Positions 1-7,498 of a DNA stretch of 64,000 bases are shown piece by piece; the stretch's first letter is position 1; each line of letters starts with the position of its first letter. This stretch comes from Desulfobacterales bacterium. GTDB lineage: Bacteria; Desulfobacterota; Desulfobacteria; Desulfobacterales; Desulfosalsimonadaceae. The DNA is taken from the NCBI GenBank assembly GCA_046543065.1, contig JBKHAE010000002.1, forward strand, positions 7,144-71,143. Direction: 5' to 3'. Made by a program: the position numbers and the translations under genes. A model generated the notes under the pieces. It saw only the letters and a program-made list of their open reading frames with translations, had not been told where the DNA came from and ran no database searches.

Positions 1-255
1 CTGAATGCCCCGGAAACCGGCAGATGGCTTAAAAAATATTTTGCCGGCCGAAACGATACCCCGGCTGAAAACCGCATGCGCATCCTTCGGCTGATTGAAA
101 ACCTGACTCTGGGCACGGCCGCCGTCGGGTACCTGACCGAATCCATGCACGGGGCCGGCTCTCCGCAGGCCCAGCGCATCATGATTTCACGGCTTGCCAG
201 CATGCCGGAAAAGCAGAAGGCAGCCAGGCTTCTCTGCGGTATTGAAGGGCAATGA
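1..255 (+). CDS. AbfD/HpaB-family flavoprotein (4-hydroxybutyryl-CoA dehydratase / 4-hydroxyphenylacetate hydroxylase family), C-terminal fragment; gene starts upstream of window
   Basis: Frame 1 is open from base 1 to TGA at 253-255. The translation ...NRMRILRLIENLTLGTAAVGYLTESMHGAGSPQAQRIMISRLA... resembles the conserved C-terminus of this family. Confidence 0.55.
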   Translation: MNAPETGRWLKKYFAGRNDTPAENRMRILRLIENLTLGTAAVGYLTESMHGAGSPQAQRIMISRLASMPEKQKAARLLCGIEGQ

Positions 256-357
256 AGCGTCTATAGTAACTTCAGGTTCACAGTTCGTAGCTCAAGTTTT
301 AAAAAACTCAGTGCCTTTTACTTTGCAAAGGCTTATAAAAAAGGGCGTTTCCTTTAG

Positions 358-400
358 TCCCCCTTTCGTAAAAGGGGGATTTAGGGGGATTTTGCAAAGG
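358..400. repeat. GGGGGATTT-type intergenic element, copy 1
   Basis: gtccccctttcgtaaaagggggatttagggggatttt contains a CCCCCTTT/AAAGGGGG stem. A near-identical copy lies at 46667-46705. Confidence 0.7.
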
Positions 401-490
401 AGGCTATAGCAAAAATTACTTTTACGATCGGTTGCAGGCGCACGGTCCGGGATGATACTTCCAAAATTCCGGCAGCGATATTTTTTGTTC

Positions 491-526
491 AGAGTAAGAT
501 TAAGATTAAGAGTAAGATTAAGACGG
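491..526 (+). repeat. Hexamer tandem repeat (TAAGAG/TAAGAT)n ending in GACGG, copy 1
   Basis: agagtaagattaagattaagagtaagattaagacgg. The same motif is seen at 9629-9680, 21722-21744 and, reverse-complemented, at 44994-45010. Confidence 0.8.
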
Positions 527-557
527 TACGTAATAATGCCGATGCGGCTGTATAAGC

Positions 558-3500
558 CTACAAACCGTATTCCGCCCGCTCGATCAGCTCCTTTTGAAGA
601 TCGCTGTTTAAGGTTACAAAATAGGCGTTGTAGCCGGAGATCCGCACCAGGAGGTTTCGGTAGTTTTCCGGGTGCGCCATGGCATCCTTAAGGGTATCGG
701 AAGTCACCACATTCATCTGCATCTGCATGCCGCCTAAGTCAAAATAGGTCTTCACATAGGAGAACATCCGGTCGATAATCGATTCCCGCTTATCCTCGCC
801 CCCGGGCACCACCTTGACATTAAAGGCAATATTGTTGTTCATGTGCCGCGGATTTAGGCGCGCCACATCCCGGATGTTGTCCAGCAGATTGGCCGACGCA
901 TGCGGCTCCGGGGTCAGGCCCGGAGTAAAAGGTTTGCCGGTGAGCTTTCCGGACGGCAGCGCACAGCTTAAGGTGCCGTAGATGACGTGATTTGACATGG
1001 ACCAGAACCCGGCGGTATATGGGCCGCCGCGGTAGTTTGTATGGCTGCCGTAATAATCATGGGCAAATTTTGTCACGCGCCCGGCCATTTCCACCGCCTC
1101 ATCACTGCCGGAGCCGAACAAGGGCACCTTTTTGGTGACCAGCGCATACAGGGCCGGATCATTCGCAAAGTTTTCATCCACCGCTTTTTTGAGCTCCTCA
1201 AAGCTTACCCGCTTTTCATCAAACACCAGCTTTTTAATTACCATGAGCGAATCGGTTACATCCGCCAACCCGATGCAGGCGGCCCCGGAGCTGTTATAGC
1301 GGGCGCCGCCGTGGGTCACATCAAGACCCTTTTGAATGCAGTCGCCGATCAGCGCGGAAAGCATCGGCGTGGGCCGGATGGCCTGATGGGCAATACCCAG
1401 CATGTTGTTATACTCAATGGATTGGTCGATCAAAAAGCCGAACTGATCAAAAAATGCCTGAAGAAACTGGTCAAACGTCTTGAAATCATCATTTTCCACC
1501 CGGCCGACATCCGGGCCGAGCTTCCAGTTCATCAACGGATGGCGGCCGTTGTGAAGGGCCATCTCAAGGGCTGCCACCATATTCATCATCTGAAAATTGG
1601 TGTGCCCGATATGCCGGCCGGACAATGTCGGCTCCACGCAGCCGGTGGCCGACCAGTTGCGCAGGTCCTCGGGCGTATAATTGAATTCCTCGAGCGAGGC
1701 CATAACCGCGGCATCATTATGCATGGAGGGCGTGGCCGCGGTGATGAGATTAACCTCGCAGAGCCGCTTGAGGTAGGTGTCACTGTTAATGCCGGGATGG
1801 AACCGGGCGTTGACATTGGGGTCCCGGATGGAGAGCATTTCCGTTACTTTAAGAAAAATATAGGTCATATCGCAGACCGCATCCTCCCCGTCCGGAGTCA
1901 CCCCGCCAAGCGTAATGGCCTGATCCGAGGAGCTGCCGCCGAAATACCAGTTGGCGAGATCCGGGGTGAGCGGCAAATGATCCGTGCAGCGCATGTAGAA
2001 GCAGGCCACCATTTCAATGGCATGCCGGATATAATTCCGGCGCGCCGGCTCGGTTTCCAGTGCGGCCATATCCGCCTCGAAAAAGGGCTGCAGCCATTGA
2101 TCCAATCGCCCCAGGGAGAGCCCGGCATTGGTGTTTTCCATGTGAAGCCCCACCCAGGTAATCCACATGGCATTAATGGCCTCGTCCAGGTTCCGGGCCG
2201 GCTGGGCCGGAACCTGTCGGCAGATGTCCGCCAGGCGGGTAAGCTCCGCCTTCCGCTTCGGATCAACTTCAGCCGCCGCATCCGCTTCGGCCTGCCGGGC
2301 AAGGTTTTCCCCATAGGCAATAAGTCCCTCCAGGCATAGGATCATGCCCTGCCGGGTGGCGGTCTGCGCCTCGTCCTGAGTGCCGTTGGCAAGCTCCCGC
2401 CTGATTTCTTCGATGATGCCTTTGGCGCCCATCTCTAACATTTTGGGAAAATCCGGGATGGTGTGGGATAACGCGGCCTGCTTCCAGATGAAATAAACCG
2501 CAAACCGCTCGTCAATAGCCTGGCAGAGGGGACTCTCGTAGTGGTCTCTGACCCATTCTTTGAAATTGCGGTGAATCCAGAAGGGAAACACCTCGCCGTG
2601 CAAAAGGTCCACCGTTTCCGGCGAAATATCATAGGGATTCAGGGAGCGGTGCGGTACGGTAAGCAGTTCGCCCCAGATCATGGTGCCGTGGCTGTCCGGA
2701 TAGACCACCACGCCGATTTCCCTGGTGGTCGTGGTGCCGGCGATCAGATCGTTTTTCCGGATGATCGGGGCGCGGTTTTCCATCAGGTATTTGAAGGCAT
2801 GGCCCTGCCGAAGCTCCGGTATCCAGGGGTTGCCCTTGTTATCGGTTTCAAACCCATGGGCCTTAAACCAGTCGGTTACCAGTTTGGGCCGCTCCGGGCA
2901 GACCTCGGGCGTGGCGGTGAAATGGATTTCCAGAAAATCCTTAATTCGCGGAAAATCATCAAGGCCGTATCCGGAGAGATAGGGTTCATCTAAATATTTT
3001 ACACCCGGATCAGTGCTGTCTGCCCGCATATGATAGGTGTTTCGGTTTTTAAGCCCCTCGCTTAATCCCGTGTTCGGCTCGGCCGCGGTTTTCTTTAAAT
3101 CCTTTTGGGCTGCATCCCGTTCCCTGGCCATCTGCTTTTTCTGCTTTCTGTTTAACAAAAGGGACAGGTAAAAGAAAAACAGGTTCATGTAGGACTGGTT
3201 GCCTGTGGTTCTCAAATCGCTTTTCATGAGCATGAAAATCTGCTCTGTCGGGGTGGCGCCCAAAAGTCTTCGGACCGCCGCATCGGATGAGAAAATCAGG
3301 GTCACCTCAGAGTCTTCGGGTAAGGCTTTAAGCACCGTCACCCGGCCGCCCCGGAAACGGATGGCAGTCTCCACCGACCGGCTTTCTGTTCGGATGCCCA
3401 CCGTAAAGTCAAAAAAGCCCTGTTCGGTCTTTAAATACTTTTTCAGACCGGGCCGGAAATTAAAGTTTGCGGCCACGGTACGAAGCAGGGTCTTAACCAG

Positions 3501-3572
3501 CAGATGGGTGAGCGTTTTGCCGGTTTTGGCCTCGGTCGTCAGAGGCGCGGCAGGGTCTGTCTTAAGGAGCAT
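558..3572 (-). CDS. Glycyl radical enzyme (PFL2/dehydratase-lyase-like) with a ~200-aa N-terminal SCP2-like extension
   Basis: 1004-aa ORF with a C-terminal glycyl radical motif LLVRISGYNAYFVTL and a thiyl-loop SATGCVEPTL. AGGGAG RBS lies upstream of the ATG at 3572. N-terminal residues ~20-145 have an SCP2-like pattern. Confidence 0.9.
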   Translation of the reverse strand: MLLKTDPAAPLTTEAKTGKTLTHLLVKTLLRTVAANFNFRPGLKKYLKTEQGFFDFTVGIRTESRSVETAIRFRGGRVTVLKALPEDSEVTLIFSSDAAVRRLLGATPTEQIFMLMKSDLRTTGNQSYMNLFFFYLSLLLNRKQKKQMARERDAAQKDLKKTAAEPNTGLSEGLKNRNTYHMRADSTDPGVKYLDEPYLSGYGLDDFPRIKDFLEIHFTATPEVCPERPKLVTDWFKAHGFETDNKGNPWIPELRQGHAFKYLMENRAPIIRKNDLIAGTTTTREIGVVVYPDSHGTMIWGELLTVPHRSLNPYDISPETVDLLHGEVFPFWIHRNFKEWVRDHYESPLCQAIDERFAVYFIWKQAALSHTIPDFPKMLEMGAKGIIEEIRRELANGTQDEAQTATRQGMILCLEGLIAYGENLARQAEADAAAEVDPKRKAELTRLADICRQVPAQPARNLDEAINAMWITWVGLHMENTNAGLSLGRLDQWLQPFFEADMAALETEPARRNYIRHAIEMVACFYMRCTDHLPLTPDLANWYFGGSSSDQAITLGGVTPDGEDAVCDMTYIFLKVTEMLSIRDPNVNARFHPGINSDTYLKRLCEVNLITAATPSMHNDAAVMASLEEFNYTPEDLRNWSATGCVEPTLSGRHIGHTNFQMMNMVAALEMALHNGRHPLMNWKLGPDVGRVENDDFKTFDQFLQAFFDQFGFLIDQSIEYNNMLGIAHQAIRPTPMLSALIGDCIQKGLDVTHGGARYNSSGAACIGLADVTDSLMVIKKLVFDEKRVSFEELKKAVDENFANDPALYALVTKKVPLFGSGSDEAVEMAGRVTKFAHDYYGSHTNYRGGPYTAGFWSMSNHVIYGTLSCALPSGKLTGKPFTPGLTPEPHASANLLDNIRDVARLNPRHMNNNIAFNVKVVPGGEDKRESIIDRMFSYVKTYFDLGGMQMQMNVVTSDTLKDAMAHPENYRNLLVRISGYNAYFVTLNSDLQKELIERAEYGL

Positions 3573-3599
3573 GGGGGATCTCCCTTGTTCAGCATTAAA

Positions 3600-4514
3600 T
3601 TAAATGACGATGCCGGCGGTCTCAAATACCTGCCGGCATTCATCAATGACCTTGCGGTCCAGCCACTTATCCATCTCCGGCGCACGATCTTTTTCCATGG
3701 GAATCCCGATCTTTAAATTTTTCTCCTGCCACAGGGGATGATAGGAAAGGAGCCGGGCCTCGCAAACGCCGCAGGATGTTAGAAAATCCACAATCGCATG
3801 GATATTTTCCGGGGTGTCCGTAATGCCTGGGATCAGGGGGGTTCGCGGCACAACCGGAACGCCGCCGTTTCTGGCCCGGGTATGCAATACTCTGAAATTG
3901 GACAGGATGGTCTCGTTGGACACCCCGCAATACCGGGCGTGAAGCTTTGCGTCCATCAGCTTGATATCAAAGTAGATGAGATCCAGATGCGGATATAAAT
4001 GTTCATCAAATCGGGTAAGGTCAAACAAGCCGCAGGTTTCAAGCAGAATGTGGATGCCGCCCGCCTTGAGCCCGGCTGCCAGTTCGCCGGCAAACCCCGT
4101 GAACAGGGCGGGCTCGCCCCCGGAGAGCGTCACCCCGCCGCCCGAGGTGTCGTAAAATGGCTTATCCCGAAGCACCTTCGCTGCAATTTCTTCAACGCTC
4201 ATATGGGTGCCGATGCGCGTAAGCGCACCTGACGGACAGGCATCCACGCACGCAAAGCAAAGCGTGCAGACCTCGCGGTCGATAAAAAACGGGTTTTCCC
4301 TGGACAGGGCCTTTTCCGGGCACAGGTTGATGCAGGTATCGCATCCCACGCAGGTCTTGGCTTCAAACCCGATTTCCACCCCAAGACGTTTGCTCTCCGG
4401 GTTATGGCACCAAAGGCAGGAGAGCGGACAGCCCTTAAAAAATACCACCGAGCGGATGCCCGGCCCGTCATCCAGGGCATTTCCCTTGATTTCGAGTATC
4501 AGCGGCTGTTTCAA
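3600..4514 (-). CDS. Glycyl radical enzyme activating enzyme (radical SAM with two auxiliary ferredoxin-like clusters)
   Basis: CPLSCLWCHNPE is a CxxxCxxC motif near the N-terminus. It also has CVGCDTCINLCP and CTLCFACVDACP. It lies immediately upstream of, and co-oriented with, the GRE. Confidence 0.9.
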   Translation of the reverse strand: MKQPLILEIKGNALDDGPGIRSVVFFKGCPLSCLWCHNPESKRLGVEIGFEAKTCVGCDTCINLCPEKALSRENPFFIDREVCTLCFACVDACPSGALTRIGTHMSVEEIAAKVLRDKPFYDTSGGGVTLSGGEPALFTGFAGELAAGLKAGGIHILLETCGLFDLTRFDEHLYPHLDLIYFDIKLMDAKLHARYCGVSNETILSNFRVLHTRARNGGVPVVPRTPLIPGITDTPENIHAIVDFLTSCGVCEARLLSYHPLWQEKNLKIGIPMEKDRAPEMDKWLDRKVIDECRQVFETAGIVI

Positions 4515-4752
4515 GCAATGCTCCCTTCATGCGCACAAATGGCCGCCTGAAAACCGCCCATCATGATATAGATCAGCCGTTCCTTAACCTTTATCGGCGC
4601 CACATGCATGTAATCGAGCAGCGTGCGTGTTATTGGTGCCGGCCATTAACTCCTATTAATAGCCGTTATTTATCCAAAAACCAAACAATATTTTTAAGGC
4701 AAAATTTTCCTGACTCTTAAATTTTTAGCTTGATTTTATTTTAAATGCAAAC

Positions 4753-4766
4753 TAAGTAATTACTTA
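4753..4766. promoter_or_regulatory. Perfect 14-bp palindrome TAAGTAATTACTTA in the divergent promoter region (candidate TetR operator)
   Basis: Self-complementary sequence in the AT-rich 376-bp spacer between the activase start (4514) and the thiolase start (4891). A TetR gene is in the adjacent operon. Confidence 0.35.
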
Positions 4767-4890
4767 CTTACATTTTTACGATTCACCACCATATTCTATA
4801 TTTCACCTAAATTGAGCGTTTCAAATTTTTAAAAATTTAATTTTTACATTAATTTATGGAAATCTAAGATTATTTTACTGAGGCTCTGCG

Positions 4891-6141
4891 ATGAGTAACA
4901 ATGTCTACCTTATCGGCGCCGCAATGAACAAATTCGGCAAATACCTGGATAAAAGCATCAAGGAATTGACCGGTGAATCCCTTAACGCGGTGTTAAAAGA
5001 CGCGGATCTTTCAGCGGCAGATATCCAGGCAGCCTGGTTTTCCAACACCGGCTGGGGGATGAACAGCTTCCAGCATTGCATTCGGGGACAGGTCGCCCTG
5101 TCTGCGAATGGACTTGATAAAATTCCCATTACCAACGTCGAAAATGCCTGCGCATCCGCGAGCACCGCCCTCCACGGGGCATGGACAGCCATAAAAGCCG
5201 GTCTCTACGACTGCGTTCTTGCCATCGGTACCGAAAAAGTCTACAGCGAAGACCGAAAACTCATGATGAAAGGTTTCCTGTCAGGCACTGACGTGGAAGT
5301 GACCACCCGGTATATCGAGCAGATGAAGCGGGAAGCGCGGCAAAAAGCCGGGGCAGAGAGCCAATCCGGCAAAAGCAAAGAAAAAAAAGAAGGGCACTCC
5401 GTATTCATGGATTTCTACGCCATGGGTGCCCGAAAACACATGAAGGAATACGGATCGACCCAGCGGCAGCTGGCGGTGATTGCCGCCAAGGCACACAACA
5501 ACTCTACCCTGAACCCGCTGGCTCAGTATACCTTTCCCCAGACCGTAGAGCAGGTGCTCGCCGATTATGAGGTCGCCCACCCCCTGACCCGGGCCATGTG
5601 CTCGCCCGTGGGCGACGGCACGGCTGCCGCGATATTGTGCTCGGACAAATTTTTAAAAGCGCATTCCGCTTCCCGGGCGATCTTGATCCGGGCCTCTGTT
5701 TTGCGATCCGGCGCCTGGACCGAAAACACCATTTCCGAGCGGGCTGCCCGAGCGGCTTATGAAATGGCCGGACTGGGACCGGAAGATATAAATGTGGCCG
5801 AAGTCCATGACGCCACCGCCTTTGGCGAACTCTATCAGACGGAAAAACTGGGGTTTTGTCCCGAAGGGGAAGGCGGCATTTTTGCCGAAAGCGGCGCGAC
5901 CGCCTTAAACGGAAAGCTTCCCGTAAATCCAAGCGGCGGCCTGCTCTCCCGCGGACATCCCATCGGCGCATCCGGTCTGGCCCAGATTTATGAACTGGCC
6001 GCCCAGCTTCGGGGAGAAGCCGGAAAGCGCCAGGTCCGGAACCCCAAAATCGCACTGGCTGAAAACGGCGGCGGCACTATCGGCGTCGGCGAGGCGGCCA
6101 TGTGTATCCATGTTCTGGAAAGGGCATCGCTTGACAAATAA
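4891..6141 (+). CDS. SCPx-type (nonspecific lipid-transfer-protein-like) thiolase
   Basis: The N-terminus MSNNVYLIGAAMNKFGKY, the active-site region VENACASAS and the C-terminal GGG...G pattern are typical of SCP-x/BbsB-like thiolases. Confidence 0.8.
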   Translation: MSNNVYLIGAAMNKFGKYLDKSIKELTGESLNAVLKDADLSAADIQAAWFSNTGWGMNSFQHCIRGQVALSANGLDKIPITNVENACASASTALHGAWTAIKAGLYDCVLAIGTEKVYSEDRKLMMKGFLSGTDVEVTTRYIEQMKREARQKAGAESQSGKSKEKKEGHSVFMDFYAMGARKHMKEYGSTQRQLAVIAAKAHNNSTLNPLAQYTFPQTVEQVLADYEVAHPLTRAMCSPVGDGTAAAILCSDKFLKAHSASRAILIRASVLRSGAWTENTISERAARAAYEMAGLGPEDINVAEVHDATAFGELYQTEKLGFCPEGEGGIFAESGATALNGKLPVNPSGGLLSRGHPIGASGLAQIYELAAQLRGEAGKRQVRNPKIALAENGGGTIGVGEAAMCIHVLERASLDK

Positions 6142-6145
6142 ACGA

Positions 6146-6763
6146 ATGACTGCAGAGGAGCGCCGGCAATCGCTAATTGATGCCGCTATCGAAGTGGTGG
6201 CCCGGCTGAACTACGACCAGGCCACCACCGCCCTCATCGCCAAAGCGGCGGGGGTGAACGAGGCAATGATTTACCGCCATTTTTCGAGCAAAACCGAACT
6301 CCAGCTCGCCACCCTGGATTATCTCATTGACTATCGCCTGCAAATTTACCGGGAGAATCCGGTTTTTCAACCGGAGAATCAGCACAAAAGCATCATCCGC
6401 GAGTTGACCGGCCAATACCTGCAGCGTATCCAGAGCCCTGAAGTCAACATGTTTGCCTCTATCCTGAAGGCCATGTTCGCCATCGACCCCCAGATCCGCG
6501 AAAAAGGGATCGAGTGCTGTATGGCATTCCACGAATTTAACAAGGACAACCTGGCCCGGGACCAGGCCCGCGGGTTTTTCGATCAGGCATTGGACCCGGC
6601 GGTCATATCCTGGGAGATGCTTGGTAAAATCATGCTTGTATCAACCCTTGCCGTCAACAACCGGCTGGACGCCTTCGGCATTGAAAACATCAAAAAATCA
6701 ATGGCATATTTTGAAGACGCCTATTTTGCAAAAAACCAGCAGCATGGAGGACGAATCCCATGA
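6146..6763 (+). CDS. TetR family transcriptional regulator
   Basis: HTH region LIDAAIEVVARLNYDQATTALIAKAAGVNEAMIYRHFSSKTEL. The ATG at 6146 lies just after the thiolase stop. The ORF-track start at 5990 overlaps the thiolase and is unlikely. Confidence 0.8.
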   Translation: MTAEERRQSLIDAAIEVVARLNYDQATTALIAKAAGVNEAMIYRHFSSKTELQLATLDYLIDYRLQIYRENPVFQPENQHKSIIRELTGQYLQRIQSPEVNMFASILKAMFAIDPQIREKGIECCMAFHEFNKDNLARDQARGFFDQALDPAVISWEMLGKIMLVSTLAVNNRLDAFGIENIKKSMAYFEDAYFAKNQQHGGRIP

Positions 6764-7497
6764 ATACATCCGCCGCCAGGGATATCTCTTTTGAGATGCC
6801 ATGGACTGAGGTAGAAAAGGTTATCCTCAGCCGCCGAAGCACGCGGGCTTTTAAAAATGAGCCCATTCCGGACTACATGATCCGCCGGATTCTGGAAGCC
6901 GGCCGCTTTGCGCCGTCAGCCGGGAATTCCCAGCCATGGCGGTTCGCTGTGGTAAAAAACCCGGAGATTCTTGCGGCAATGGAGCAGGATGCCGTCAAAA
7001 CCTGCAAACGAATGATGTTCGTGCTCGACTATACCCGGAGCCGCATGCGGCAGCTCTTTTTAAAACCCATATCCAAATTTTTTATCCGGCTTCGGCACAA
7101 TGAACTCCATCCCGTGCCATTCGGTTTGCTGGCGGCTGTTGCAAAGGACCGGGCGCCGATCTTCCATCATGCCCCCACCCTGATTCTGCTGTTCGAAGAC
7201 AAGCGCGGGGTCTCCTCCCCGGCCACTGACAGCGGCATCTGCGGTCAGAACATGGTGCTTGCCGCCCACAGCATGGGGGCGGCCACCTGCTGGATCGGCA
7301 TGATCAAACTGCTCATGTATGACCGGAAATGGAAAAAATTCTTCGGCGTCAAATATCCCTACGAACTGAACAACTGCCTTGCCGTTGGGTGGCCGAAAGT
7401 CGCCTCCGACGGCCAGGTACCGCGGGAGGTGCAGAAAGTCGAGTGGTACGAGGGAGGCATGTCCGATCACCCGAGAATTGAAAGACAGGGGGAGTAA
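6760..7497 (+). CDS. Nitroreductase family protein
   Basis: SRRSTRAFKNEPIP...GRFAPSAGNSQPWRFAVV signature. ATGA overlap with the TetR stop. Confidence 0.8.
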   Translation: MNTSAARDISFEMPWTEVEKVILSRRSTRAFKNEPIPDYMIRRILEAGRFAPSAGNSQPWRFAVVKNPEILAAMEQDAVKTCKRMMFVLDYTRSRMRQLFLKPISKFFIRLRHNELHPVPFGLLAAVAKDRAPIFHHAPTLILLFEDKRGVSSPATDSGICGQNMVLAAHSMGAATCWIGMIKLLMYDRKWKKFFGVKYPYELNNCLAVGWPKVASDGQVPREVQKVEWYEGGMSDHPRIERQGE

Positions 7498-7498
7498 A

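Noticed and set aside
452-691. 79-aa ORF encoding RVRLRLRVRLRR....
   Set aside because: It is a translation artefact of the hexamer tandem repeat and overlaps the GRE 3' end. It is not a plausible protein.
1041-2339. 432-aa ORF on the plus strand inside the GRE gene.
   Set aside because: This is a shadow ORF antisense to a gene with complete GRE motifs. The translation is Gly/Arg/His/Pro-rich low complexity with no recognisable motif and no RBS.
558-3572. The GRE as an alkyl- or benzylsuccinate synthase (fumarate-adding enzyme).
   Set aside because: No small beta or gamma subunit ORFs lie nearby. The thiyl loop is GCVEP with the C-x-E arrangement shared by the eliminase/decarboxylase-type GREs. 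It cannot be assigned to fumarate-adding enzymes from sequence reading alone.
5990-6145. N-terminal extension of the TetR ORF, from the ORF-track start at 5990.
   Set aside because: The extension overlaps the thiolase 3' end by about 150 nt in another frame. The TetR HTH begins right after the ATG at 6146.
7379-7498. Upstream extension of the ferredoxin-ligase ORF.
   Set aside because: The extension overlaps the nitroreductase 3' end. The ATG at 7499 lies immediately after the nitroreductase stop and is preceded by a purine-rich RBS.
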